Source: Setoptus koraiensis (taxonomy: Eukaryota; Animalia; Arthropoda). From it: a stretch of 64,000 bases of DNA. The stretch's first letter is position 1, and each line of letters opens with the position of its first letter. The position numbers and the translations under genes were made by a program. This document shows positions 11,576-26,578 of the stretch, one piece after another. The notes under the pieces were generated by a model. The model was not told where the DNA came from. It ran no database searches and saw only the letters and a list, made by a program, of their open reading frames with translations. Where the stretch lies: the NCBI GenBank assembly GCA_048013815.1, contig CM106586.1, positions 23,994,001 through 24,058,000 of the forward strand, read 5' to 3'.

Positions 11576-13799
11576 CGATACTAACAAGTATTGTGAGTGT
11601 GGCCGTTGTTGCAGATGCCCCGCCAGATCCCCAATATGCCCAATTGTTACATAATATGTTGCATAAGCCATTCGCGGTGGATTGACCATTGAGTTCGCAC
11701 ACGACACGCAGCCTGACACATTATCTGCGCTATCTGCTACTTCTGTTGCTGGCTGTTTCTGGTCTGGGCTGAGCTGTCGCTGTTTGTTGGGGTCCCCCGT
11801 TTGTTGGCCGCATGCTGGCTGCCAAAGAACAGCCAACGAGCGGCCAGAAACGAACGCGCCAGAAACGAGCGCGACAGCCAGCAACGTCACGTGTGTGACG
11901 TGTCGAATATCTGTGATGCAACTGAATTATAATATTATAAATATTATTATTATTCCTTTTATGTAGATGTTGTGCGCTTGATTGTGTGTCACAAACCAGC
12001 AACCAGCATCCAGCAACCAGCAACTAGCAGCAACATCATTAAAAGCATACAATAATAGTACCGTTAGAATTGTTGCACAATTTAAGTGAGGTCCGCATAC
12101 TGACAGTTAATACTGGTTAGTGCTGGCTAGCAGTTGATACTTAGTTAATGCCAGCGGTGGCCCGTCAAAAAGTAGTGGGCGTTCGTTGCAATCAATCAGC
12201 TTTATAATTGGTTGGTGAGAACATATTGAGCTGTGTGTCGCCAGTCTAGTGGGCCAACCAGCCAACTAGCGACCGGTCATTATTCTCAAGTATGTGTCAA
12301 AACGAAACACACACACACACAAGTTTACTTAGAATCGTATTATTATTATTATTATAAATATGATGAGGGTGTGACCGACAATTATTAGAGGACTACACAC
12401 ACATACACACAAACAATGTTGATGTGCTTCATTAGTGGTCAGTTGCTTGGTCACACAGCGTGTGTGTGTGCCATTATTGTGAGATGACCATTATCCATTG
12501 TCCGAATATCGTTTGGGGCACCAACAAACACACGCCGTTGGTTGGTGTTAATTGAATAAGTGTACATGTGAGTTTGTGTTTAGGTGCAAATGTAAATGTG
12601 AGATGCTCCCCCTAAACACACAATAACCTTCACGTGTTATTATGTAATACTACCTACGATGCTCTACGTGCGTCTCTCACACACTCTTATACTTGTACAC
12701 TTACATTGCTGGTGGTTGGTGCTGTCGTTGCACCAACAAGCAGCGTGGTGTCAGTGAGAAAATGCTGTCGTGTTGCAGTGAGAGGACGTGCCGGCCAGAG
12801 GACGTGCCAGCAAAGAGAGAAAGTGGCACAAATTGGGGGAGAAAAAGAGCGCCAGGAACACACAAATCAACAACTGCATCCGAAGCCAATTTGACGCCGA
12901 TTTGCATCATGTTGCACGTGTTGGCTCAACTTACTCAACAGCAACCACCAGCTAGTAGCAGCAAACACGTGCAACATATACGCATTTTACTATATGTAAA
13001 TCTGCACAATTGTTGTTATAGACGCACTCATGATGGCTAACTTAAAATGTTAGCCCGTCTTTAGGGCCTCAATCAATTAGGTATTATCGGCTGGCAGCTC
13101 GTGAGAGAGCTGCCAACAATTTGAGCCAAGCATTTGAGCCAAGCATTTGGGCCAACCGTTTGAGCCAACCGTTTGCGCCAACCATCTGAGAGCAGATCAT
13201 CAAGTGCATGTTGTTGGTCACACTAAATGGCCAAGTGCGTCTGCTCGCGTCTCTTGGTGTCTCTTTGTGTGTCTCATGGTCATCTCATGGTCATCTCGTG
13301 CTCATTGGCTGCCCCGAACACTCAAGTTAAGCGCTTACTCACTTTACTTTTGGCTATATTGGCGTGTTATATTGGCTGCCATCTATTTATATATTCATCT
13401 CGTCCGACCGGCACTCGTTGTGAGTATTGTGTTGTTCACCACACGTTGTTTGTGTTTGTTGTTATTAAATATTTGCCGTTACAACACAACAGACGCATCT
13501 CACTATATATAACGGTTATATATAAAGTGTAAGCGGCAGCATTAACGTGATGATCAAACGTTTGTTGCGCGCTAATTTAGATGAAATAATCTGATTAAAC
13601 TACATTCACACTCCACTCTGTTGCGGTGCACAATTGAGCCGATAGTATAATGTTGCATACATATATAATTTTAGTTTAATTTGAGCACTCACTGGGCCAG
13701 TATCAAATAACAGAACGAGACCACAAGAGTAATTGTTTAGTTATTTGCTCGTTGCTCCGAAAGCAATTCTCTAATTTGAGTTTTAGTGCCTGACGCTAC

Positions 13800-13860
13800 T
13801 TACTCAGGCGCGCGTTGCGGGTCGCTCAGTTCGTATGATCGCGAATCGCGAGCAAAATTT
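13800..13860 (+). promoter_or_regulatory. Possible Pol II core promoter (CpG-rich patch with arthropod Inr TCAGTT)
   Basis: TCAGTT at 13826-13831 in a locally CG-rich patch upstream of the Ig gene exons; motif match only. Confidence 0.2.
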
Positions 13861-16800
13861 ATATAGCGTCCGCATAGCTTTTATGTGGCGCTTATATAGC
13901 GTGTCCAGCGTTTATGGCTGGCCCGTTACTATAGACATGTAGTTATAGCAACTTTATTGGGCCTCACTCAACAAACTCGACAAACTCAACAAACTCAACA
14001 AATGAGAGGAGCTGGCTCGTGAAAGATTGGCCATCAGATTGTGAAAGCCTTGGCAGGGGGCAACCCGAAACCAGTGAATCGCATATCCTGCCAATACAAT
14101 GTGTGTGCGTGTAACAACGTAATGAAATGAGATGAGTCATAGTTTCATAGTTTGATTATTATTATTATTATCGTGCGATGGGCTCAGGTGGCACCGGCAA
14201 CGGTAGCCTCTGCGAGCCAACAGCAACCGACAACAACCGACAGCAACCGACAGCGACCAACAGCGACCGACAACAAGATTGCACAGATTGCGCAAGAATT
14301 ACAGTTTGGTATCGCCACATAATTGGCTGTCAGTGCCAATGGGCTGGCTTGGGTGCCATTGATTGGTGCACCATTATACTATATTGGTTTAGTGTGTTGA
14401 GGCTCGAGGCAACTTTTATTTTATGCATCGCCCGTTGCACCGACAAACGTGCTCGACGTGCTTTGTTTGTTGTAGTAATAAAGCCGCTGACCGCTATAAT
14501 ATTATCGCGATCGAGTGATGATAACATTAGATAGAAAGAGATAATCTTTTATGAGAGAGCGCAACGCGCGTAATAAGATGAGGCCCATCAACTATTGGCT
14601 TACTGCTCGCGCTGTCCGACCAGTTGGCTTGCTGTTGGCATCGCTGTTGCCGTTGTGTTGTCGTTGTTGCCGCTGCTGCTGTCGCCGGTCCGCTGCCGAG
14701 GTGACAGTGTAAACAGTGGGCCATTACCTAATCAGCTTATTTCGGCCTCACTGCAGTGTCCGCTTGACCATCGACTGTGTTCAATGGTCGGGCAATGGTC
14801 AAGCGGACGAGCCATGTATGTGTTTTGTGCGATATGCGCGCATCATGAGCTGCAACTGTCATGACGTTACTCATGACATTGGGATTAGTCGGCTTGCAAT
14901 GAGAGCTATTCAAGTGTCGCCGCTGCCGCCATCATGATACGACCATGATATGTCCGTCCGTTGCGAGCAAACTCGTTAAAAGCAAATTTGCCACAGCCAA
15001 AGGTTGCTGTCCAATGGTTGGCTGGTCGACCATTTAGTCACACAAACAGCTGTTAGTAGCAGCCATTCTAAATAGACGGACTTGTGCCGGTATAGTTGAG
15101 ATTTGTATTTGAGAGCGCGCCCACGCGCTCAAGTGTGGCCCCCACAAGCGGCCAACAAGGTGATGCCTTAGTTTTAGTTTGTTTTGTATATCGTGCTTAT
15201 GTGCTCGTCTGTCCACTACACCTAATTCTTGCCTGACTAATTCTTGTCTCACCAATTGGTGTGTGTCCAACTGACCACTCACTGGCCAGTCACAAACTGT
15301 GCTGTTGGTCTGTCGCTCTGTTGGGACATTTAATATGCAGTGTGTATACGAATGAGATCAACGAATCGAATCGCAATCACTCGGATCAGACGCAATCGGA
15401 TAGAATCAGATGCATCGAAAGCGATTGGCGCGGCGAGTGGCATCGCAGCGATCGGATCAAACCAGATCAAATGGTCCAACTGCCGGACCAATGAGCACAC
15501 GGCCGAAACTCAATTTGGAGCCGCTTTCATTTCATTTGGGTGTGTGTGTGTGTGTGTGTGTTGTTTGTGTGCCATGTCACATGACATGACGGGACGCAAT
15601 GAGGTGCAATGGGATGAAATGGAAAATAGGGGAAAATAAGGGAAAATAAGACGCTCTCATGACGCGTTTGTCAGTGTCAGTCATGCAAGAGAAAAAGCGA
15701 CAACAGTCACAGTTATTATTCAACACCATTTACTTCAATGTAATCATGATGATTATTATCATCTAAATATTTCCGTTATCTGCCAACTGCCGTGTGTGCG
15801 TATGCAAAAACAAAAAATCTGCACAGGCTATGCGACATTTGGCTCAACGCTGTCGTTATTGTGTGACCACAACAACTAACGAGTATGACTCATCAGTTGC
15901 GATTCATGCCAATTCATTTGCAGATGAAATCAGCAAATGAGCGGATAAAATGAAATCAACTCACGCCCCTATCAAGTAGCGTTTTGATGTGTGCATTTGT
16001 GTGTGTTCATTGGCGCATCAATTGCATTGGTTACACCATTATGAATTTTGATACAAGCGACCAATCGATAGTGATACCATTCGCACACACTGACCGAGCA
16101 CAATTCATTGAGCTGCCTAACGAGCGTCTTTTGGGCAGACACGACGCGACGCGACAAGACGAGGCAAGACGAACTAAGGATAAAATAAAGCTTGCACCGG
16201 CCTGGGTGTGTATCCAAAGTATCCGATGTGTCTGATGTGTCCGATGTGTCCGCTGGCACAATGGAGTCCATTGAATGGAGCCCTCGAGTGAAAAGTTCTG
16301 ACCGTTGCACAGGGTCGCCAGTGTGCTGATGATGCTCGTTGCAGTATCATTAGCGCCAAGCTATGACGGCACCATCATCATGACAACTGTTGCCTGGCTG
16401 GCCGCTTCACTGGCTGACAGCATTCCTTCGTGACATATCAATTCATAAATGCGCCATTGCAGCCGACCATTGCACCGGTCAGAGTGAACGTTGCACTGGT
16501 CAGTTTGAAGCTTGCACTGGTCAGCACTGGTCAGCACTGGTGAGTGTGTGCTGGCTAGTCGAGTTGGCTCAAGTGGCGACCAGTCAAGACAACATTGAAC
16601 ATGAAATAAATTAAATGCACCGATGCAACCATCATTGTTGGCATCACTGCAATGGCTGCATTAATAATAACAATAATAATAATAACAACAATTGATGGGC
16701 TGGCACAACAGGCACAACAGAGCGGCCGGCTATCGTTCACGCTTGTCAATCGTAGAAATGAAAAGCCATTTATTTGCAGCTCGCACACACAATGGGCCGG

Positions 16801-19594
16801 CCACCATAGTTGCATTGTGCTCATGCCAGCCAATTGGCCCATTGCGAGCCATGCCAAACTCAGTTCAAGGCAACTGTCGCTGGCGAGCAACTAGCCGGCG
16901 TGGCAAGCGTCGCAAGCATCGAATCAACAGCCCGAATTAGTTTGAGTTTGAACTGTTTGAAATTGAAATGCTTCAACGTTGCGATGCTTGCGCGCCAAAT
17001 CGATATCTTACATAAGATATCGCTGGCAATACTCGCTGGTTCATCTCTCACTCACTAACAAGTTGCATTCGCTAACAAGTCACCTGATACACAAAATATC
17101 TACACACACCTGACAAGACAATACCCAACAATTGGCTTGTCGACACACTCACACCGACGCCTGATTCACTTACTCATTTATTTAGCACTATTTATATACT
17201 GACCGCTCTAGCTGACACTCTCTAGCTGAACTAGACGCGCCAGTGCTGCTTTTCATTTCATTGCTACAAACTGCATTGTTATCTGTATAATAGGGGCCTG
17301 CATTCACTTGTATAATACAAGTTGTATTCAATTGGCAGTTGACATTTACACAATGATATTTGTGCCACTCACTGGCCGCTTCCTGTTGCTCCTCTCGCAC
17401 CCAATTCTGTTATCCAATTACGACACAACCGCTCATACGTACAACTTATACGGTATGACTATCAATGCGTGTGTGAGCTTCTCTAGATAGATAAATGATA
17501 TATAAATGATACATAAATGGCGCAAAATGACGCTGCAACCTGTTGCGCCATCATTTCATTATATAATATTATTATTATTATATATCAAGCAACATGCTGC
17601 ATTCAAGCGAAATGATGCTGCCAGCACCAACAAACAATCATCATCATTAATCATGACCTTGAGCTATTAGCGAGCTATGGGTGCCCACACACACGCTCGC
17701 TGGGTGCTGTGTTTACATTGTGTTATATCATTATATATTGTGAGGGGCTAATAAAATATTATTATAAGTAGACAAAATATTAACTTTAAAATATCTATGG
17801 CCAGCAACTTGTAAGGCATGACCGACAATTATATTATTATATTATCTGTGTATGCAACTGTCGTAGTTTTGTTAACACTGGCGCCACTTTCAATAGCATA
17901 TCATTACTCGGCTCAACACTGACCGATGCTGCTCACCCATGTTGATGCTTGTTTTCAATAGGCAAAATACTCGAAAATACTCAAAAACAGTAATATTCTC
18001 CTGTCTCGTACATGTATTAAATCCAACATTATGCACTAATATACATAATTACACATGTGCTATTAACTGTCCACCTGAGCAACTCAAGACACGACGCTAA
18101 TCTTCGCTTTCTCTCTCTTATTCTTCATCCAACTTTCTTTATTCGACAAAATGCAAAATGCTCGAAAATATAATACAAAATGATCATTTGGCAATTTTGT
18201 TTTATCCAAAACGAATCTCTCTCCAATGCCGACACTGGAACTATGAACTGCACAACAAAATAACATGACGCAACACTGCCGCCACTGCAACGCAACGGAC
18301 TGGCCAATTAAACAAAATGAACTTGAAACTGATGCCACCGTGACCGACGTCACTGTTGCCGCCGCCGCCGCCGCCGCCACCACCGTCGCTGCCACCAACA
18401 CCAAACCCCAAACCAACGCCAACACCAAACGCGCCTAAAATCAAAATGATGATATGAAAATAATAATAATAATATTTGGCTCACGTGACTTTGCAACAAC
18501 GACAATGACACACCCACCTGCTGCAACAATTTTCCGGATTTCGTCTTTGTCTCTTGTTACCTGTTATCGTCGTTGTTGTTGCTGTTGTTGTTGCTGGTAA
18601 TTGTGCGTAATGCCGCCTTTGAAATCACTTCAAAAATCGTCCACCTCATCTCATTCATGCCTGTGCCCGAATGCAAATGCCTGTGGCTTGGCCAACTCAA
18701 AATGACACATGATGCTAATGCAATTGTTGTTGCTGTTGTTGACTAAAACCGATCATCATCATCATCGTGTGTGTGGCCATCGTGTGTCTATGCGTGCGTC
18801 GGCACGACAACCATGCCAATGCAAAACTTGCCAAAACTCACCAACGACGACAACAACATCCACAAATAATGTCGCACCATGTGCAAATCTTGGGAACAAT
18901 AACAACAAAATGGTCGTCAATCATTACATAATCAAACACTTGCTGTTTTCACATCATTATCATCATCATCGTTCACATACGACATTGGCCAATGACGACG
19001 ACTCGGCAAACAATTGCTCGTTTGTTATGAATTTCCGTATGTCCGCATGTGTGTGTGTGTTTGTGTGTATGCGACTAACTAAAACAACTATCTGCTGCAA
19101 CAACCTGCCGTCCTGTTGAATGTTATTTATTACGTACGTGAACAAAATCACGACTGCTATCATCATTACGCAATCATTTGTGCATGACATGAATGCTGCA
19201 ACAACAACAACAACTTTTGCTGCAACAACTTTCAACCACATTTGACCATCTCACTATTGCGCCATTGGACTATCGGCTGGCCACCCTCATGCCTGGCCAA
19301 TGATGGTATTCATGGATTTCATGTGTCAATGTTGTTCGTGCTATGGGCTTGCGAACCGCCACCATGACAACAACCATTCACTTGACCATAAAATGAATTT
19401 GTTGTTGCATCGATTGTCCCCATTGCTCGATTGGTGTGTGGCCTCCAACAATCGGTTCATGATGATGATGATATTACTTACACTATAAACTTTTACATGG
19501 CTGCTCTATCGTGTGAAATGCCTACTACCTCGGCTACCTTTAATCACGCCACATGCGCTTATGTTGGCAACCCGCATCATTTAAATTAAATTAG

Positions 19595-19769
19595 GACAAG
19601 CAATCGGGCCAATCAACTGAGCAGCTTGGTGGCTGGCGAGAGATATCGCTAACGGAACATATCAACAAGATCTCCATAAGTGATCCAATAGATGATTCGA
19701 CATTGTATAAATGCCAAGCAAACAACTCCTTCGGTACTGCAGAGCACATCATAGAAGTCAGAATTAAGG
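19595..19769 (+). CDS. Ig/FN3 GPI-anchored adhesion gene (Klingon/Wrapper-like), exon A: second half of an Ig domain
   Basis: ttag|GAC...AAG G|gtgagt; DKQSGQ...KISISDPIDDSTLYKCQANNSFGTAEHIIEVRIK contains the Ig F/G-strand Y-x-C-x-A-x-N motif; phase 0 in, phase 1 out. Confidence 0.8.
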
Positions 19770-21209
19770 GTGAGTTCACTTTTCTAATACTTTGCTTGCT
19801 TTCATTATCATTTATCATTTATCATTTGTTTTTATCATCATTTATGTCTCTCACATGCAGCTATATTTGCTATAAAACTATACTTGCCAGGGATTATGTG
19901 TGCGTGTGTGTGCACTAGGCATTTGTTTGTTCATAAATAATTGCATCATCTAATTACAATGACCGTCGGTTTGCTAACAACCGAACAGACAAATTGTAAC
20001 AAATTTCGAGTAGTTGCCTTCCGATGGCTTCAATCAAGCACCGGCAACCACTGCACTCGCTATTGTACCGCTCACTATTGTATTCAGTCTGAGCAGTTTG
20101 TGTTACATAATAATACTAGTAGTATTGATTTAATTAGCCCTCTACGCAAATCCACAAAGCGAGCCGATTGTCCAGAAGTAAAATAATTAAGTCGTCTTTT
20201 GTTTCGGAATGTTCCAAATGAGTGAGTGATCAAGCATTATCGCTCGACAGAACAAAAAAAAATGAATTTGTGAGGAGCAAACCAAACTGGAGACGCTCAG
20301 TGAGATTCCGATGGAAACTCTAGCTTCAATCCAGATGGAAATAATTTTCTCTGTCTTCATTAATCGAGCTTATAGCAGTAGATTAACAGCAGAGAGCCTT
20401 GTGCTTACCATACCCTTAAATGGAAGCATTTTGAATAGTTTGATTTTCAATTTTGCAGCAAATTCGCTGCTGCTGCTGCTTACCTTTACCTACTGCCCAT
20501 ACCTAACATAGTGAAGAAATTTCTGCAATGGTAATAATGATAATAATGATGGTCGTGTGTTCGAAAACATTAATAAATATGGCAGCGGCAGCAGCGGCGT
20601 AATAACAAAAAGAAACGAATATGATGAGCTGGAGAAGGTCAATTGAGGAGGGTGAGCCACTACTGAGACGACTACTGAGCAACAACAACTGGGCAAAATT
20701 ATGATGCGGCCTGAAGACAGCGCTAACTAATTATTAGTTATTAGTTAGTTAGTTATCTCAGCACAATCATCAGGCTACGGGCTTTTCGGCATATCGCGTA
20801 GGGGGGTGTTGTTGGCAAGATACAAGCTTGCCATGGCTTGTTGTTGATTGCTGATGCAGATCAAAATTATGGCCTAAGGGAGTTTGGGTGTCGCATGACA
20901 GTCCAGTAATTTTGTGTGTTTCAATCGTAATTCTTTAGCTTGCCAAGCGAAACACTAATTGATTATTATCACAGCATTTAGGGTATCTATAATGTCAATC
21001 TACTACTACTATTATTGTCTCATTAGGTGATTGGCGTTGAACAAATAATTTTCGGATATTTCATTCTGTCTCGTTCTGTTGTTGTGCGAATTGGTTGTGT
21101 GAACACAACAAATCACAAAATACTGCACTCTACAAAATTTTATCTGGTACTAAAACTGCTACTTGTCACTTCTTTTGTTTTCGAAATGCTTACCACAACA
21201 CACACACAG

Positions 21210-21653
21210 CTCCGCCAAAGATTTACGGACAAAAAGACGGTACCGATATGCATTTTGCTCTACCCCATTCCAGTGTTGTGTTGACATGCAGAGGAAGAGT
21301 ATATCCTGATAGTAGCCACATTGAAAAATATTGGATTAAAGACAATGTTAGATTGGATCCATCCCAGAATGACGATCATCGGCTTGCATTTGATTCTAGG
21401 AATATTGGCGATTTCTTCACCCCAGAACAATTGAATTCTAAAGCAAATGAGTTAACATCATCGGAACAACACAATAACGAAGACAAAGATATGGAAAGGA
21501 TCAACCAATGGAGACGAATGCGCTCACAACAAACGGATGTAATAATGACACTAAAAATATTGAGCCTCAAAGATACAGACTTTGGCAATTATTCGTGTCA
21601 TGTGTCTAGCCGACAGAACAACGCCGAAGACAGTCACTTATTCACGCTTTCCG
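21210..21653 (+). CDS. Ig/FN3 adhesion gene, exon B: complete Ig domain
   Basis: cacag|CT CCG CCA AAG ... CCG|gtaagt, 444 bp, phase 1-1; APPKI...VVLTC...YWIKDN...LKILSLKDTDFGNYSC. Confidence 0.9.
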
Positions 21654-21927
21654 GTAAGTTTTACAACAACAAGTCAATGATATAGTCAATAATAAGTTGT
21701 TGAACTCATTAATTAATTCAGCCACCAATAACAGACTAATAGACAGTTTATTTGAGACAGTTCTATAAATACACAAATGTTCATTTAAAATGATAATATT
21801 ATTTTTGAATCTCATCTAATTTATTATCTAATACCTCTATCATCTATTGGCTGTCTATCTATGTGCGTTTATCCTCCCCCACAAATGCACACACCCCCAC
21901 CTAAACTAATCACATAAACTGACACAG

Positions 21928-22082
21928 GAGCGCCAAGTCAGGTAAAACTGGTTAGTCCGGCCATAAGCGAACACCCAGATAAGTATCATTTGGTTTGGCA
22001 GGTGGACACCCCTCAGCCGGTTATAAAGCATATCATTTATTATAGACTGGCCAATCAACAGCAACGCCAGCAGCACCAGCAG
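21928..22082 (+). CDS. Ig/FN3 adhesion gene, exon C: FN3 N-half
   Basis: cacag|GA GCG CCA...CAG|gtaatt; GAPSQVKLVSPAISEHPDKYHLVWQVDTPQPVIKHIIYYR; phase 1 in, 0 out. Not in the ORF track. Confidence 0.85.
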
Positions 22083-22320
22083 GTAATTAGAAGTAGACAT
22101 TAATATTCAATCTCTAAGTACCTCTCTAGAGCATGCAGCCAAAGTAGTTCATTTCGGTTTGTTTATCACGCTCGCAGTTGTCAGTTAAGTTGAGCCAGCT
22201 TGAACTGTCACAATCTGCACCATCGCTATACTGTGTTTCATGTGTCATTATCACCTGAGGTGTTTATAAATCACACAAGTAGTGTTAGTGTGTGATCATG
22301 TGTATTTGGCAGTGTGTTAG

Positions 22321-22342
22321 TGTGTGTGTGTGTGTGTGTGTG
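22321..22342. repeat. (TG)n microsatellite
   Basis: Direct reading of sequence. Confidence 0.9.
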
Positions 22343-22610
22343 TCAACTAGTGACAATCCAAACTTGATCTAAATCCTAAATCATTAATCATGATTAGGTT
22401 GTGTAATTTGTTTGGCTTGACACACAAACACACCAAGGCACATCTAGTTAGAGAGATAAACTGACCAACAACTTGGCTTATGTGATGTTCAAACAACACC
22501 ACACATTGAGCAAGAGCTGCATAATAATTAACTAAATCAATCTTGTTGTTGTTGTCGTTGTTGTTCTCTCGATCGATAAATGTCAAACAAAACCCATGTC
22601 ATAACAACAG

Positions 22611-22866
22611 GATGAAACAGGTTGGACTCAAATAGTGTTACCATTGGAACATAATCATCGAGTACCATCTTATAATTTGGCGTTAACATCGTCGTCAAAT
22701 GTACCAACAGGAACAGAATCAATTCACGAATCTGAGCAACAACAAGCAAACAAATTCGAATATACGATAACCAATCTAACCAAGGAAACAATATACGAGG
22801 TCAAGGTGGAGGCTGAGAATAAGCGTGGCTCCATTCAATCAAACGTTTTACAATTTGCAACACCAG
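22611..22866 (+). CDS. Ig/FN3 adhesion gene, exon D: FN3 C-half
   Basis: aacag|GAT GAA ACA GGT TGG...CCA G|gtaatt; FEYTITNLTKETIYEVKVEAENKRG is an FN3 signature. Confidence 0.9.
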
Positions 22867-23068
22867 GTAATTAATTGATTGATGACATGAGGTTACCTAA
22901 TCATTGTCTCGTTATTTATTGTATCTAATTAACTTTTCTCATCTTATCATTTGTTTTCATTCATGACTCATTCATATGAATATTCAATTCAATATGAATA
23001 TTCATATTTATACTAATATGATTCCAATTGGGGACATAAACTCACATCAACTATTGTCAACAATTCAG

Positions 23069-23196
23069 ACTCATCTTCGATCTCATCTTATTTCCATTCG
23101 GCTGCCAGTAGAACGGTTCCGCAAACCTTCGGACAATCTCAATTGCTGTTGATTATTCTCATGGTGACTTTTATGTCCATAGGCCGTTGGCTTTAG
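23069..23196 (+). CDS. Ig/FN3 adhesion gene, terminal exon: GPI-anchor signal
   Basis: ttcag|AC TCA...CTT TAG; DSSSISSYFHSAASRTVPQTFGQSQLLLIILMVTFMSIGRWL*: small residues, spacer, hydrophobic tail. Phase matches exon D. Confidence 0.75.
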
Positions 23197-26100
23197 TCGA
23201 TCACTAGACCATGACTGACACAGTGTGAGAGATAGATATGTAATTATATTGAGAGCGAAACAATAATAATAATAATTATACAACAACAATACTGTCACAC
23301 AACAGCAACACCAACAATGGCGCATTGTTTGTTCCGGCGACAATGTCAATCAGTTGTGGTGACAGACCGACGTTGGTTATCCACAAACACATACACACAC
23401 ACACACTATCACTATAACAACATTTGTGGTGGTGTTATGGTCATCGTCTACGTAGATAAACAAACAGACTAGAATATATATGTAAATAAGCAGCAAATAT
23501 CAGCAACTACCACCAATAATTATCTGAACAAACAATGACAGCGACAATGACAAGACGATGAATTTATCCTAATTCTTCAGCCACCAGCTACATCTGATAT
23601 GAATGAAATGAAAAATAGTTCACTTTTCATCAACGCGTTTCGTTAAACAGTAAACAGTTGAGAACCGTTTTCAACCGAAGCAAAAATAACTTCTTTTTTC
23701 TCATTGTCACACAATGCTACAAAATAATAATTGTCAACACACAAAACAACTCTAAGCTACCAATAAAACGAATTAACAATAAAGCGAAATGTATACTTTA
23801 AAACTGGACTCAAAATAGATTGTTGCAATGAGAGGATGTCAAGTTCAGTGTAACACCAGTTGTTTTTATCTACCTATTTATCTATCTATTTATCTGTCTT
23901 TTTATCTATCCGTTTTTATCTGATGGTGAATAACTTTAGATGAGTAGTGTCCGTTTTTATGTGTATGTTTTTATGTGTCTAGGCGTTAGGTGCGTAGAGC
24001 CAGCGATAACGGTGCTTGCTCATTTGTTTGCGACAGGTGATAAAAGAAGCGAATAGCGTAGGCGTTAACAGGTGTCACAAAAGTTGTTTACTTCTATTAA
24101 CCGCGTAGAAAAAATGTTGTTGTAGCATTCAAAAAGTAATTTGCTGATAGATTTCGTCAATATTTGCATTAATGGCGATGCCAATCTGGTGTAGATGGCC
24201 ATGATAAATGAATTTTATGCAATAGAGTATTAGCTAGATAGAGCAAATTTTTAGTGCGAATCATTTGGCAACAGAGCAACTGGTTAGTTTCAATTCGGTA
24301 TCATGTGCTTCTTGAATTCAATGAATTAGTAGTGGCAATGGAAAGAGAGGTAAAAAGTTATGATTAATAGTGTGTATTATATTATATTATAAAATGGGGC
24401 AAAATGAGGTTTGTTGTGGCTCCATTTATCATTTGTGTTGTCCTCAATGAACTGAATTGGTGTGCTATAATTTTTGCAAACTGATGTCTCCAAACCCCTT
24501 TATAAATAACCGTTGTGCATGTTGTGAACCTGTTCTCTTTTTTGCTGACCGACCGACTGTGTGGCTGACATGAGCACAGGTAACAGGTTGTATCGAATAA
24601 CAGCATCAGTATCATTAGCTAATTATATGTAATTGAGTTGGCCGGCGAGATGGCCAAAGGATTGGACAGCGCCCTTATGCTGCTACTACATTGAATTTGA
24701 GTCCACGATTATCTGTTGTTGATTATCCGATGGCGTGGGTGGTCTGCTTTCTCTCATCATCATCAGCATCGGGATGGGCATCATGACCATGATGAGCATG
24801 ATGATAACAGCTAGTTGAACATTGTAGGCACGCAATAAAAACAGATAAGCACATGAGACAATTCATCATAGTCAGTGTGAGCGATGAGCCAATCGATTGC
24901 AATCATGATGATTTGCATACTTTAGTACAGTCATGTTTATGTAATACAAGTGTGAGTGTGTGAACAGACAACAACAACAACTCATCATCTGAATAAATCA
25001 GCTCTCTATCTCTCTGTTCACCTGTCTATATGACAGATACCATAAAACACTCAATTGGGCGTCGGCGCTCCAATTAGCGCCACTCCAATTATGTAATCAA
25101 ACGCTCGGCCTAACAATTGTTGTCTATCGGTGCAACTTTTCCTCTTCACCTGTCGAGATAAATTTATTTAGATTTTGAGATGTGGACACAGTGGAACAGT
25201 TATAACATGGCATTGCAGTTACATTTATGACAGTTGGGCAGTGCATACTATGCAGTGCATAGAGTTTGTGAGTAATAATTGCAAAAATGAATGAGCGACA
25301 CAATTGGGACAGAGATGCCAGTCACATCGGCTGCAATATAAAGTGCGATAATCGATGCGAGCCATCCCATGATGCTGATGATTCGAGAGCCAACTCGAGC
25401 CAACCAATGGATGCAAATTGATGTTGCACACTCACAATGGTCAAACATCAATTCGAATTACCATAGAGACCGTAGCAACGCCATGCATTTCGCCATAGCA
25501 ACGCCTGACACCAACGGAGAGGGAGAGATAAGATGTTTGACCATTACTTATGCAAATAAGTTCAAGTCATCATTCAATTTCAAGGCAAAAACTGTGTGAG
25601 TAAATTATCGACACTGCGGTTGTCGTTGGCACTCACTCATAAGACAAGTATTGGCTTCTTTTGCTTGCCTTTTCTTCTTCCTCTACCATTGGCACTTCTT
25701 CTAAACTACAGTCGTCGGCTAGATAATTATTCATTTGTCAATGATCCACCTGTACACACCGTACGCTGACCAACAGCTGACCAACAGCTGACTAGAGATG
25801 ACCAGAGATGACCAGAGATGACTAAAGACGATGATGACTAACATGGCGATTATGACGCAATAGCAGACAAACAGAACAAAATAGTGGCGGCATTGATTAT
25901 TTACGACGATTGCGTCATGTTCATCAAATAATGCAAATTCAGCTATGGCGATTTAGTTGAACGCAATTCCATTGTGAGCCAAATGAGATAATAATAATAA
26001 AGCAGCCACAGGGAGAATCAACCGGCAACAACAACAACAATAAAAATAATAACTTACATAGATCAATATGTTATGAATATATCATTGGCTTGATTTATTC

Positions 26101-26358
26101 CGTTTATCCACTAGTGAGTGGCGCCATCTTGTTGCAAAACAAAAATTATCCTCATCTACCTGTACGGAATGTGGTAACTTGTTGAGAGCTGGCCACAAGA
26201 TCATCACAAGTAGATTTGTTAGAGAGTAGGCCAGGTAAACATGGACACAGCATACAATATAAATATGCAATCGCTTATTGTTTTGATCAAGCATCCCTAA
26301 CTGATCAAGAGTATAAGTATATCTTTAAGTATATCGAGCCGTAGAGGTCAACACTGAC

Positions 26359-26578
26359 CATCGATGATGATACACAGCCACAAACAAAGTCGCTCTGGAT
26401 ATCCGACTATATTTTCTCTGACGACTCGTAATCTAATTATTGGATTAGAATGTTTGTTCATAGAATGTCCATCTGTTTGTTGACCGATTTTGCCAGTTTT
26501 CGAACAGTTGAGATCGAACAGTCGGTTGAAGTGTCGCATCCGCCATTGAATGCTCTTCGTCTTCGGCTCGGCGGGCAC
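26359..26578 (-). CDS. Candidate exon of an unidentified minus-strand gene
   Basis: ctatag|GTG...GAT G|gtcagt boundaries; one frame is open throughout (VPAEPKTKSIQWRMRHFNRLFDLNCS...LCLWLCIIID). Another frame also reads protein-like; no family recognised. Confidence 0.3.

Noticed and set aside
6500-19500. Numerous 60-170 aa ORFs (e.g. 8631-9026, 10985-11353, 11360-11890)
   Set aside because: Low-complexity or overlapping on both strands with no recognisable domain; some may hide real exons but I cannot support them.
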